Assembly: GCA_963766645.1 (NCBI GenBank)
Contig: CAVYAY010000003.1
Location: 554,926 to 618,925 of the forward strand
Length of the DNA stretch: 64,000 nucleotides
Reading direction: 5' to 3'
Source: an uncultured Chloroflexia bacterium
Lineage (GTDB): Bacteria > Chloroflexota > Dehalococcoidia > DSTF01 > WHTK01
Position 1 is the stretch's first letter, and each line of letters starts with the position of its first letter. A program made the position numbers and the translations under genes. Below, piece by piece: positions 42,713 to 54,858 of this stretch. The notes below the pieces were generated by a model. It saw nothing but the letters and a program-made list of their open reading frames with translations, had not been told where the DNA came from and did not search any database.

Positions 42713-44601
42713 GAGGTTCTCCCGTTCTGGAACACGCCCAGTTTATCGATCGCGGACTGCACGGCGCTGGCAGCTGTCTGCCCCAGGCCGCAGATCGACG
42801 CATCACGCATCACCTGCGCGATCTCCCCGATCAGCAGGACCTCGTCGCCTGCCGTGCCCAACGGACGCCCCGCTGATTAGCCGTTGCAGCGCCTCTTCCT
42901 GCCGCTCAGTACCGACCCGACAGGGGACGCATTGGCCACACGACTCATCGCGGAAGAAGGCCCCGATGCGGGAGACGAAGCCCTGCAGGTCGGCGCTCTC
43001 AGCGATCGCCATGACGACTCCCGAGCCCAGCGACGAGCCAATGGCGCGCGTGCCTTCGAACGTCAGCGGCGTATCCAGTTCATCCGGCGTCAGGAAGCCG
43101 CCCGCCGCGCCGCCCAGCAGCACGGCTCGCAGGCTTTCGCCGGCCGGCAATCCACCCGCAAGCGTCAGCAGCTCTCGCAGCGTCATGCCAAACGGCACCT
43201 CGTACACGCCGGGGCGCTGCACCGCGCCCGAAACGCAGAACAGCTTCGTACCCTTGGAGTGCTCAGTCCCTGTTGCGGCGTACGCCGGGCCGCCTCGCAA
43301 CGACGATGTCGATCACGTTGACCAGCGTCTCAACGTTGTTGATTACGGTCGGCTTGCCGAAGAGGCCCACCTGGGTCGGGAACGGCGGCTTGTTGCGCGG
43401 CTCCCCGCGCAGTCCCTCGATCGAGTTGAATAGCGCGGTCTCTTCGCCGCAGATGTAGGCCCCGGCGCCGATGCGCAACTCGATATCGAAATCGACGCCT
43501 TCGCCCATGATGTCGTCGCCCAGGAAGCCCCGCCGCCGCGCCGTGTCGATCGCGTTCTGCAGCCGGGAGGCGCCAGCGGGTATTCGCCGCGGATGTAGAT
43601 GTAGCCCTGCTCGGCGCCAGCCGCATAACCCGCGATCGTCATCGCCTCGATCAGCGAGAACGGGTCCTCTTCCATGAGCACGCGGTTGCTGAACGTGCCG
43701 GGCTCCGACTCGTCGGCGTTGCAGACCAGGTAGTGCGGCCGTACCGGCGCCGCTGCAACGTCCTGCCACTTGCGGCCCGTGGGGAAGGCAGCACCGCCGC
43801 GGCCCTGCAGCCCGGAATCCAGCACCTCACGGATGACCGCCGCCGGCCCCATATCGAGCGCTTGCCGAAGCGCTGAGTAGCCGCCCGCGGCGCGGTACTC
43901 GTCGAGGCTCGTCGGATCGATCCGCCCGACGCGCGCCAGCAGCCGCAGTTCGTGCCTGCCCGCCTCCAGCGTTTGCGGCGCGGAGATCGATCCCTTCCGC
44001 CTTATGGGCGAATCGTCTGCCCGCCGGACGTCAACCGCGCGACGATCGCGTCCTCGCTCGCCGGCGCGAGACGGCGTCCTCGGTAGCGGCCTCACCGCCT
44101 GCTGCAAAAGGACGGCGGGAGCCAGCTCGCACAGTCCCAGGCAGGGCTGTGCTTCCAGGTCGCCTCGCCGTTCAGTGCGGGTTCGTTCATCGGCCCAAAG
44201 CGCTGTTCCAGGGCCTCGCACAGCTCCAGCCCGCCCTTCATGCGGCAGGCGAGGTCGTCACAGACGTGCGCAAGCGACGGCGGCGTCGGGTCAACGTAGA
44301 TCAGCGCGTAGAAGGTCGCCACGCCGTAGGCCTCGGCGGGCGGCACTTCCAGCCGCTGACAGATGTAGTTCAGCGCCCCCGGCGTGATGTAGCCGACGCG
44401 TCGCTGAACCGCCTCGAGGACGGGTAGCAGCAGGTGCCGCTGCTCGCGCGGCTCATGGCCGCCGCGGCCCAGGAACGAGTCCGCGTCAGCGTTCTGCCGG
44501 TTGCGCTCTCCCAGCCGCGTCTCCGGCGCGCCGATCAGCGCGTCGACCGCGGCTCGCTCGGCGTCGTCGGCTACCGCGTTAGGGATGAGATGCAGGTCCA
44601 C
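42709..44601 (-). CDS. Fused NuoE/NuoF-like NAD(H)-binding diaphorase subunit, frameshifted
   Basis: [59 protein letters not shown]. Confidence 0.88.
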
Positions 44602-44615
44602 GAAGGCAGTCTAGA

Positions 44616-46541
44616 TCAATGTCTACTCAGAGGAACAGCGCTGAGCTTTTCGATCCGGATGGCCGCCGCCTTGAACTCGGCGGTGCCCGACTTCGGGTCG
44701 GTCTCGTCGATCGTGAGGATGTTGGTCGCGACGTCGTCCTGGAAGTGGAAGGTCATGAAGGCCAGGCCCGGCCGCAACGTCGGGTCGAAGCGTACCGGCG
44801 CCTCGATGCGCGCCGCGCCGCGAGACGACACGCACGATCTCGCCATCGTCGAGCCCGAGGCGCCTGCCGTCCTCTGGGTGGATGTCGAGCGACTCGCCAC
44901 GGCGCAGCGGCGACGTGTAGCCGCCGGTCTGCACGCCCGTGTTGAACGAATCGAGCCGGCGGCCCGTCGTCAGGCGGATCGGGTACTCCTCGCTGAGCTG
45001 CTTCCACCGGCGCCTTCGTGCTGCGACGACGTTGAAGGGCGCCAGCGCGCCCTCGACGGGTTCGCCCCAGAGCCGTCCGTGCAGGAACGGGCTCCCGGGA
45101 TGGTCTTCGGTCGGGCAAGGCCAGTGCAGGCCGTTAAGCTCTTCCAGGCGCTTGTAGCTCATGCCGCCGTGCCAGGTCGAGAGGCCACGCAGCTCGTCCC
45201 AGACCGCTTCGGCGGTCGGGTGGCCCCAGTCGTAGCCCAGCGCGGCAGGCCATCTCGCAGATGATCTCCATATCGTCGCGGGCGCCCTGCGGCGGGTTCG
45301 AGCGCCTTGCGCACGCGCTGCACGCGACGCTCGGAGCTCGTGACCGTCCCTTCGGACTCGCACCAGGAGGCGGCAGCCGGGAACACGACGTCCGCCAACT
45401 CGGCCGTCGCGGTGAGGAAGATGTCCTGCACTACCAGGTGGTCGAGGCCGGACAGCAGCTCGATGGTGCGCTCCATGTCCGCCTCCGACTGCGCCGGGTT
45501 CTCGCCGATGACGTAGAGCGACTGTCATCTCGCCGTGCTCCATCGCGTCGAACATCTCGGTCAGGTTCTTGCCGCGCTTCGCCGGCAGCGGCTTGCCGTA
45601 GACGCGCTCGAATGGCGCGCGCTGCTCTTCTTTCTCCAGGTCGTTGCCGCCCGGCAGACGGTTCGGCAGCGCTCCCATGTCGCCGCCGCCCTGGACGTTG
45701 TTCTGTCCACGCAGCGGCACGAGGCCGGAGCCGTAGCGCCCGACGTGGCCGGTCAGCAGCGCCAGGTTGACAGAGCGCCAGCACGTTGTCGACAGCGTTG
45801 TGATGCTCGGTGATGCCCAGCGTCCAGCAGAGCTGGGCCCGGTCGGCGCGCGCGTAGGCGTGCGCCACCTCGCGGATGGCATCGGCCGGCACGCCGGTAA
45901 TCTCGCTCCGCGTATTCCAGCGTGTAGGGCTCGACCGCGCCTCGATACTCCTCGAAGCCCGTCGTCGCGCGCTTGATGAACGCTTCGTTTTGCAGGCCGG
46001 CGGCGATGATCTCGCGCCCGATCGCGTTGGCCAGCGCGATGTCGGAGCCGACGTCGAGGCCCAGCCAGAGATCGGCCCACTGCGCCGGAGCCGGTCCGGC
46101 GTGGGTCGACCGCGATAAGGCGCGCACCGCGGTTGATCCCTTTCATCACGTGGTGGAAGTAGATCGGATGCGTTTCGCGCGCATTCGAGCCCCAGAGGAT
46201 GATGAGGTCGGTCTCTTCAGCCTCTTTGTAGGAGCTCGTTCCGCCCCCAGCTCCGAATACTGTCGTCAGACCGACGACGCTAGGAGCGTGTCAAGTGCGG
46301 TTGCAGGAGTCGATATTGTTGGTACCGATGCACCTGCCGGGCGAACTTCTGCGCCAGGTAATTGACCTCGTTCGTGGCCTTCGAGCAGGAGAAGAGCCGA
46401 AGGTGTCGGGGCCGTGCGTTGCGACGGTATCGCGGAAACCTTCCGCGGCGCGGCAAGCGCCTCATCCCAGGTAGCGGGCCTCAGCTCTCCGGCCTCGCGG
46501 ACGAGCGGTTGGGTCAGTCGCGTGTAATGCTTCGGCATCAC
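44616..46541 (-). CDS. fdhF: Selenocysteine-containing Mo/W formate dehydrogenase catalytic subunit, frameshifted
   Basis: [12 protein letters not shown](46291-93)-[43 protein letters not shown]. Confidence 0.9.
46250..46290 (-). promoter_or_regulatory. Bacterial SECIS element of the fdh gene
   Basis: Immediately 3' of the TGA: GCTCC..GTCGTC-GGTCT-GACGAC..GGAGC hairpin. Confidence 0.75.
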
Positions 46542-46554
46542 ACCTCCTGGCCGA

Positions 46555-47464
46555 TTAGCTTACGATGGGCGTGATACGCGGTAAAGGTCTGGAGTTCGAT
46601 TTCGGCATGAGGCGGATCACGCGCTCCGGCGATGTGTATAGAGTTTATCGAGTCCGCCTTCACGAAACCGCATAGCGTTATGTTAAACGACTCCGCCAGC
46701 TCAACCGCCAGGCTGGACGGAGCCCCGACCGCCGCGACGACCGGGATGCGCGCCACCAGCGCCTTCTGCAGCAGCTCGAAGCTGGCGCGGCCGCTCAGCA
46801 TCAGGACCGATTCTGACAGCGGCAGTGCATCTTCCAGGAAGCGCTCGCCGATCAGCTTGTCGACGGCGTTGTGGCGGCCCACGTCTTCTTGCAGCGCAGA
46901 GCAGCTTGCCCTCGCGGTCGAACAGGCCGGCCGCGTGCAGCCCACCCGTCTGCTCGAACACAGCCTGTGCGGCGCGTAGCTTCTGAGGTAGCCCGCAGAC
47001 CACGTCCGACGGACACCACGAAGCCGGCCGGGACCATGTCGCAGCCCTGCACCTCGAGCGACTCCAGCGCTGCTTTACCACAGACGCCGCAGCTGGACGT
47101 CGTGTAGAAGTTGCGCTCCAGCCGCGAGGCGTCGAAGACGAGGCCGGGCCGCAACGTCACCGTGACGATGTTGAACGCCTGGTCCTCCTCCTCGTCCATG
47201 CAGTAGGAGATGTCGGCGACGTCTTCCCGCGCGCCAAGGATGCCCTCGCCGTGCAGGAATCCGGCCGCCAGTTCGAAGTCGTTGCCGGGCGTGCGCATCG
47301 TCACGCGCGATACTTCGGGTCACCGTCTTGCGGCCGTCTTTCCAGATCAGGCGTATCTCCAGCGGCTCTTCTGCCGCAAGCACGTCGTCGTCCTGAGCCC
47401 AGGCGCCGTCGCGCAGCCGTCGAACCGTGTGGCCAACGTGACTCCTGGTCTCAAGCGTAGTCAT
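46555..47464 (-). CDS. fdhD: Formate dehydrogenase accessory sulfurtransferase, frameshifted
   Basis: [55 protein letters not shown]; 3' end approximate. Confidence 0.92.
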
Positions 47465-47512
47465 CGGACCGTCGCCTCAGTTCAGCGTTATGACGATCAG
47501 CATATCAGAAAG

Positions 47513-47545
47513 GAAGAGGCCTTCCCGAGTCGCGAAGGCCTCTTC
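47513..47545 (-). terminator. Terminator after the SBP gene
   Basis: GAAGAGGCCTTC..GAAGGCCTCTTC hairpin. Confidence 0.6.
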
Positions 47546-47565
47546 GGAAGTGCAATGCGGTGAGA

Positions 47566-49500
47566 TCAGGCCAGAGGCGGCTTCGTCTCGTCAATCCACT
47601 CGTAGGTGTAGAAGCCGTCCAGTCCGTATCCGCGGAACGTCTGCCAGTTCGAGAGCGCCGGCCAGGCGAGCCGCAGGGCCGTCGCGCCGCCGGGATATCG
47701 GCTGTAGTAGAACTGCTTCGCCATGTAGCGCTGGAACTCGTGCACGATCTCGACTCGTTTCGCGTTGTCGAACTCGAACAGCACGTCCTCAACGAAGCTT
47801 GTTCAACGACGGGGTCGCCGGCCTCGCTGACGCCGCTGTCGTCGGGGTTCCAGCCGCCGAACAGGTTGCCGGTCGGGATGGAAATGCGCCTTCATGAAGG
47901 CGCCAACGTCGGGCCCGCCAAAGTCGACGGTGTTCAGCATCTCGTTGAAATTGCCGCGCCCGAAGATGTAGTCGAATATCTCCGGGATCATCATCTGCTC
48001 CTGCTTCGTCACCCGAATTCCTGCCTCGGCATCATCCCTCGATGATGTCCTGGGCCGGCTGCTGGCCGAAGCCGAGCGGGTACTGCAGGTGCTGTAATGT
48101 CGATGCCGTTCGGGAAGCCGGCGGCAGAAATCAGCTTCTTCGCCTCGGCCAGATGTTGGCGTTCGCGGCTGCCGAGCGTGAAGTACTTGGCGTTCTCGCC
48201 GAAATCGCTGCTCTGCGGGTCGAGCCACATGCCTGGGAAGAACATGTAGGAGCCGGGGCCGCCGCACGGGATCGCGGTGTTCCAGCGCCGGTTGTCAGGA
48301 ATGCCGACCGCCTCGAGCTTGTCCGTCGCAAAGAAGACGTCGATGAACAGGTCGCGGTCCCAGGAGTATTGGACGGCCTGGCGCATGCGGGCGTCCTTCC
48401 AGGGACCCTCCGCGCCCATACCGAACCATTCGGTCACCGCCGGTCGAGTCCGGAAGCGCCCACATGATCATTTCCGGGATGTCGTTCTTGATCGAAGGAT
48501 CGTTTCCGTCGCGAGGCTCATCGGCCCTGGAATATCTCGCCGGCGCGGAACTGCGTCTCCTGCTGCGCGGCGTCAGGGATGATCTGGTATCAGGACCTCA
48601 TCGGCAAATGGCCGCCAAGCCGCTCGGGATCCTCGAAGTTTGGGTTGCGCTTGAGGACAAGCACGCACGGACGGCTCGAACTCGTCGATGTAGAAAGGCC
48701 CGCCGCCGAACTGGTACTTGTTGAAGAAGTTCGCGTCCTGGTCGGCTTGCCTTCCTTCGGAATGATGTAGAAGTAGCTAACGCTGGCATTCGCCAGCTGC
48801 ACCAGCAAGCGGCGAGTACGGCTTGTCCAGCTTCATCACCACGGTGCTCGGTCCGGCGCCTCCACGAGACGACCGGCGCGTGCGGGTTGGTTTCTGACTT
48901 GGCGAACTCACCGCGCGTTGGAGCTGATCGTCTTGAACCGTTCCCATGAGATACAGCACGTCCTCGGAGTCGATTACCCGATTTCCGATCGTGTCCGGCG
49001 CGCCCGAATGGAAGGACGGCGACAGCGGCCCGAACTTCTTGTTGGGATTGAGTTTGAAGGTGTAAGTCAGCTTGTCCCCGGAGATCTCCCAGTCTGCGCA
49101 AGGTCGCCTGTCGACGTTGAACTCGCCGGGTCCTGCATGCGAGCCGGGCTTAGGTAGACCAGCTTCGTGCCAACGGTATTGGCGAAGCCTTGGGAGAACG
49201 GGTCGAAGTTGTAGAGGTCGAAGTTCTGCGGGTCGGCGTTCGCGGCTACCTTGTAGGTCCCGCCCCGCTTTGCCTGGGTGGTGGTGTCAACGGCTTCAAA
49301 GAGCTAGGCTCGGGCTGGTCCGCCGGCCGCTGCCGCTGCCGCTGCCGCCTCCACCGGCGTGAGCTGCCACCGGAGCTAGAATCATCATCTCCACCGCAGG
49401 CGGCCAGGAAGGCAGCCGCGGCAGCGGCCGTCCCCGTCGCCGTAATCGCCCGGCGGCGGCTAATCCTGCGCTCAAGAACCTTGTCCCAGTAGCGTCGCAT
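47566..49500 (-). CDS. Tat-exported lipoprotein ABC substrate-binding protein (family 5), heavily frameshifted
   Basis: ISRRRAI..FLAACGG Tat/lipobox, WEISGDKLTYTFKL, KRNPNF, WKDARMRQAV. Confidence 0.75.
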
Positions 49501-49611
49501 CCTGCCTCCCCTTCGCCCTGGCGAGCTGTCTATTTCGGGCGGGGCGCTCGATTTGCCCGGCGGCCTGAAGCCGCCCGCATGATACTTCGGAGCGACCCGA
49601 AAGATGCGCCA

Positions 49612-49640
49612 AATCTATGAGGAGGTCTTACCATTGTCAA
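49612..49640 (-). promoter_or_regulatory. Sigma70-type promoter of the SBP gene
   Basis: TTGACA-N17-TAGATT on the minus strand. Confidence 0.6.
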
Positions 49641-49751
49641 TAGCTGGGAGTCAGGCGTTGAATCTGGCTCCATTTGAGGTCTGTTTTTGCATTATAAAAC
49701 ATCCGACGAATTACATCTATTACGTTAATGAATTATTCATCTCATGACGGA

Positions 49752-50260
49752 TTACCAGGGCAGACCCTTCAGCCCCATGACGCCCTTCAGCGAAGCGATC
49801 TCGCCGGAGTGGAACGCCACGTGTACCAGCACGGTGTCGGCGATCACCCATCCCATCGACTCCTTGCGCCCGAAGAAGTCGATCGCCTTATCGAGGTCGG
49901 CGTCGGAGAGGCCGTCGAGGAAAGCGTCCGTCGCCTCCCTGACGGCCTTGCCGTAAGCCTGCAGGTCCGCCATGTGGTTCTGCGCCACCGCGTTCCAGTC
50001 GTGATCTGTGCTGTCAGGGTCGAGGCCGAGTTTGCGCAGCCCAGCCGCCCGACGTCAGGATCAAGCTCTTTGCCCTGGATCAGCTGGTTGAAGGCCCAGT
50101 CTTCGTTGCCAATCGTGTGGCCGTAGATTTCGCCAATCGGCCCCACCGTCGCGCCGGGTAGCTTCGTTCCCAGGGTCTTCGCGTCGGTCTCCTGAATCGC
50201 CGCGTCCAGGTACTGACGCGCCAGACCCAGCATCTCTTTGATTGAAGCTACGCCGTTCAT
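49752..50260 (-). CDS. DinB family protein, frameshifted
   Basis: IGEIYGH..ED, FLDGLSDADL, HVAFHSGEI metal-binding His pattern; SD GGAGGAAGG. Confidence 0.8.
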
Positions 50261-50398
50261 GCCTTCCTCCTGAGTATTCGCGATGAGCCGCATCCTAGCA
50301 GGAAACCTGCCCCATGTTTCGAAACTCCTCGGCCCGAGTTTGAGCTAACCTGTAAGCGCCGCTTTCCAGGCAGGCGGTCTAACAGAAAGACTGAGCTC

Positions 50399-51374
50399 TT
50401 GGCCGAGATCCGCATCGATAACTACCTCAACAACCACGAGTTCTTCAGCAATATGGCCGAGGACGTGCGCCAGGGCCTCACATCCAGTCCAAAACGTCTG
50501 CAACCCAAGTACCTCTACGACGAGCGCGGCTCCGACCTCTTCGAGCAGATCACCGAGCTGCCCGAGTACTACCCGATGCGTGAAGAGGGAGCGCTGCTCA
50601 ACCTGATCTCGCCGGGTCTCATCGCTTCCATGGCGCCGAGTGAGATTGTCGAGCTCGGCTCCGGCTCCTCGACCAAGACCCGGGCCCTGCTCGATGCGGG
50701 ACGCGCCAACGGCTGCCTCAAGCGCTACGTCGCATTCGACGTCAGCGAGTCGATCGTCCGCCTCGCCGCTGACCGACCTGCTCCAGCGCTACAACAGCCT
50801 CGACGTCTACGGCATCGTCGGCGACTTCCATCGCCACCTCGACAAGATCCCGTCCCATACGGGACGGCGTCTCGTCCTCTTTCTCGGCGGCACCTTGGGC
50901 AACCTCTACCGTGACGAGCGTATCGAGCTGCTGAGCCAGATTGGCGCTTTGCTCGCGCCGGACGACCGGCTCCTCGTCGGCTTCGACCTCGTGAAGGATG
51001 TCGCACTCATCGAGGCCGCCTACAACGACACGCAAGGCGTCACGGCCGAGTTCAACCGCAACATGCTCAACGTCATCAACAATGGCCTCGATGGCGACTT
51101 CGACCCCGACGCCTTCGAGCACTATGCCTACTTCAACACCGAGAACTCCCGCATCGAGATGCACCTGCGCCCGAAGTCAAAGCAGGTAGCGCATCTGATG
51201 AAGCTCGGCCTGACGGTCGAAATAGAGCCCCCGGAGACAATATGGACCGAGAGCTCCCACAAGTTCACACCTGATACGGTACGGCAGATGCTTACAGCGT
51301 CGGGCCTTTCGCTCCGGGAGTGGTACGCGGCACCCGGAGACATGTTTGCCCTCGCGCTGGCTGGCCCCGCCTGA
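50399..51374 (+). CDS. egtD: L-histidine N-alpha-methyltransferase (hercynine synthase), frameshift near 50772
   Basis: PKYLYDERGSDLFEQITELPEYY, ELGSGSSTKT, FLGGTLGN, AAYND, RIEMHL, IWTESSHKF. Confidence 0.93.
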
Positions 51375-51429
51375 CGAAGTGCCATTTGACCCTGACCCCC
51401 AAGCGGCATCTCGACTACCTTCGACCTCG

Positions 51430-51870
51430 GTGAGGTGTTCGATCCGACGAAATTTCCTGTTCGCGGCGTTTGCGATGTTTGCCCTGCTCGGACTGGCCAC
51501 AGCCTGTGGAGGCGGCGATGACGACGATGCAGCCCTCCCGACCGAAGTGCAGCTCACGGGCGCGGACGACGGCGCCGCCGTCCAACTGGCGCTTGGTGGC
51601 CAGCTGATCGTTGCGTTAGCCAGCAATCCCACGACCGGATTCAGTTGGTCGGTCGGCGAGGACTCTGACGCAGGTCTTGTCTTGCAAGGTGACCCACGAT
51701 ACGCACCGGCGGGTTCCACGAGTCCGGTCGTTGGCGCCGGAGGCACCGAGGTCTTCAGCTTCAAGGCGCAGGAGCCAGGAACGTCACACCTGATTCTGGA
51801 ATACAAACGACCGTTCGAACCGGGCGTGGCACCGGAGCAGACCTTTGGCGTCACAGTGGAGATCCGCTAG
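51430..51870 (+). CDS. Chagasin-like (I42) protease inhibitor lipoprotein
   Basis: LATAC lipobox, LASNPTTGFSW, VGAGG, YKRPFE. Confidence 0.85.
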   Translation: MRCSIRRNFLFAAFAMFALLGLATACGGGDDDDAALPTEVQLTGADDGAAVQLALGGQLIVALASNPTTGFSWSVGEDSDAGLVLQGDPRYAPAGSTSPVVGAGGTEVFSFKAQEPGTSHLILEYKRPFEPGVAPEQTFGVTVEIR

Positions 51871-51970
51871 CACCCATCCTGTAAGCATTGCGTAACCCTT
51901 GGGGCGCAGAGGCACGCTAAACTATAAAGCGGTACAGCTCTGTTCCTCTCGTAGCGCTTCAGGGGGCGTC

Positions 51971-53246
51971 ATGAGCACGATGAGACTCGGCCAGCCGGAC
52001 ACGGATCGCGCCTCGCTAATCGAGGCGTTCCGCGAGGTCAGAGCGCAGACCGAGAAGCTCTGCGAGCCTCTGGAGACCGAGGATTACGTCATCCAGTCCG
52101 TCTCCGACGTCAGCCCGCCGAAGTGGCATCTGGCGCACACAAGCTGGTTCTTCGAGCACTTTGTCCTGGCCGAAGCGCTGGCCGACTACCAGCGCTTCCA
52201 CCCCATGTACGCCTACCTTTTCAACTCCTACTACAACCTCGCCGGCGAGTATCACCCCCGCGTCAAGCGCGGCGTCCTCTCCCGCCCTACCGTCGCCGAC
52301 ATCTACAAGTTCCGCGCCCACGTCACCGACCGCATGGCAGACCTGCTCGACAGCGTCACCGACGAGGAGCTGCGTCGAATCGCGCCGACCGTCACCATCG
52401 GCCTCAACCACGAGCAGCAGCATCAGGAGCTGCTCGTCACCGACATCAAGCACATCCTCTGGTGCAACCCGCTGGAGCCGGTCTACCGCGAGCGCGACGG
52501 CACGCTCGCTTCGGAAGCGCGGCCCGATGGGCTGGCTCGAGTTCAAGGGCGGCCTGCACGAGATCGGCTTCACCGAAGGCGGCAGCTTCTGCTTCGACAA
52601 CGAGCTGCCGCGGCACCCCGTCTACATGAACGACTTTCGCATCGCCGACCGCCTCGTCACCAACGGCGAGTACATACGCTTCATAGAAGACGGCGGCTAC
52701 ACACGCTCCGACCTCTGGCTCTCGGACGGCTGGTACGCCGTGAACGAGCAGCGCTGGGAGGCCCCCCTCTACTGGGAGCAACGCGACGGCGAGTGGTGGA
52801 ACTTCACGCTGGCCGGCATGCGCAAGGTCGACCTCAACGAGCCCGTCTGCCACGTCTCGCACTACGAGGCCGATGCCTACGCGCGCTGGGCCGGCAAGCG
52901 CCTCCCTACTGAGGCCGAATGGGAGCTGGCGGCCGCGTCGCAGCCCGTCGAGGGCAACTTTGTCGAATCGGAGCGCTACCACGTCGCGGGCCTCAGCAAC
53001 GGCTCGTCGCAGTTCTTCGGCGACGTGTGGGAGTGGACCGGCAGCGCCTACCTGCCCTACCCCGGCTTCCAGCCCCTGCCCGGCGCCGTCGGCGAGTACA
53101 ACGGCAAGTTCATGTCGAGCCAGATGGTGCTGCGCGGCGGCTCCTGCGCCACGCCCGCGTCGCACATCCGTCCCACCTACCGGAACTTCTTCCAGCCCTA
53201 CCTGCGCTGGCAGTTCATGGGCCTGCGCCTCGCCGAAGACGCCTAG
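51971..53246 (+). CDS. egtB: Ergothioneine biosynthesis sulfoxide synthase, frameshift near 52520
   Basis: SPPKWHLAHTSWFFE, FNSYY, NHEQQHQELL, FDNE, RLPTEAEWE, GEYNGKFM, YRNFF. Confidence 0.93.
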
Positions 53247-53262
53247 ACACCACTAACCGCGA

Positions 53263-53525
53263 TCAACTGTCCTTCAGATAGTCCCCGTGCTCGTAGCACC
53301 AGATCCACGACTCGTCGGTCAGCGGCATGCGCCGATGATCGGGTGGCCGGTCTGCTTCCAGTGCTCCGTGTCGTGTGAGTTCATCGACTCGCAGCAGCCC
53401 ACGAATCCGCAGGTCGCGCACATCCGCGACGGCCCGTTGATGCCGCACACCTCGCACTTCTCCGTGTGAGGCGTGACGTCCGCCTTGATGAACTCCGCGG
53501 CGTGATTACATTCCGTCTTCAGCAT
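53263..53525 (-). CDS. UBP-type zinc finger protein, frameshift near 53333
   Basis: CEVC, RMCATCGFVGCCES, H..H..TGHPII, WIWCY. Confidence 0.85.
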
Positions 53526-53534
53526 TGAGTCCAC

Positions 53535-54710
53535 CTACTTCCAGAGACGCTTCGTGGCCAGCTTCGCGCCCTCGGCCATCGCCTCGAACTTGGCCCAGAC
53601 CACTGTCGGGTGGATCTCCGGGTTGTAGCCCGCCACGGATGAGAAGCCGCAGTCGGCGCCGGCGATGACGCGCTCTTTGCCAACGAGGTCCGCGTGAAGG
53701 ACGATCTGGTCCGCGATCCACTGCGGGTGCTCCACCAGCGCCGTCGCGTGGCTGATCACCCCCGGGATGATGACCTTGCCCTCCGGCAGCTTCGTCTTCT
53801 CCCAGACTCGCCATTCGTGCGCGTGCCGCGCGTTCGCGACCTCGTAGGAGTAACCCGACGCGTTGATCTTGAGCATGAGGTCGAGGAAGTCGGCCAGCGG
53901 CGCGTCGTTCACTCTCGGCCCGATATTGATGCTGTAGCACGTGTGGTAGCGCATGTTCTCGGCGGGGATATTGCGCAGCGCGTAGTTCAGTATCTCGACC
54001 TGCTGCTCGGCCTCCAGGCGGCGCTGCTCCGGCGGCGCCGTGTCGTGGCCGTACATCGTCGCAAACGTCGGGTCGTCCACCTGCAGGATCAGGCCCGAAT
54101 CGACGATCGCCTTGTACTCGACCGCCAGCGCGTCCGCGACGGCCTGCATGTACTCCTCATCCGTCGTTGTAGTACATGTTGCGGCCGGGCGCGCGCGGCG
54201 CCATTGCCGGCATGAAGCCGAAATTCGCGCCCGTCGCCGCAATCGCCGCCTTGAGATTATCGATGTCGCGCTGCAGGTCCGCCATGCCCGTGTAGGTCAC
54301 GGGGGCTGCTGCAGACCAGCGGCGTACGCTCCTCCTCGATCGGCTTGCGATCGTCGCGCTGCTTCTCGTACCACGCGTAGTACTCCGGGAACGCCAGCGT
54401 CTCGCGCGTGTCGCCCCAGCGCCCCATCGCGATTGGCGCGCCCTCGGGTGACGGCTCGAAGCCGCCAAGACGGTGCCGGATGTAGACGTTGAAGCTCGTC
54501 TTGCTGATCTCGCCGTCGCAGACGACGTCGACGCCGCACTCAACCTGCTTGCGGACGATCTCTTCGACGCGCCTTACGCAACACCGGGTTGAACGTCGCA
54601 TCGTCGACGCCATGCCCGCGGATGCGAGCCTGGATCATGTCAAGGATGTGATGCGGCCGCGCCAGGCTGCCGACGTGCGTCGTGAGGATGCGGTCCGTAT
54701 TCTCCTGCAT
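53535..54710 (-). CDS. Cobalamin-independent methionine synthase II (MetE C-terminal-like) family protein, frameshifted
   Basis: RILTTHVGSLARP, DGE, LQVDDP, HTC / E / DCGF Zn ligands. Confidence 0.88.
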
Positions 54711-54858
54711 GGCAGATGCTCCTAGCTGCTAATCCTAGCGCGAGGGTGTGAATACGCTAACGAATCCTGAACTTCAGGGCCAGTGGTACCCGTTGCATGG
54801 CAACCACTCTGCCTCACCCGTTAGTGAGGTATTGGGGTCAAACCCCCAAACCTTCAAG

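Noticed and set aside
53319-53321. TGA in the zinc-finger gene as Sec
   Set aside because: It arises from a 1-nt deletion; the conserved WIWCY tail is in another frame
54711-54858. SAM or cobalamin riboswitch upstream of the MetE-like gene
   Set aside because: Only short local hairpins; no riboswitch consensus recognised
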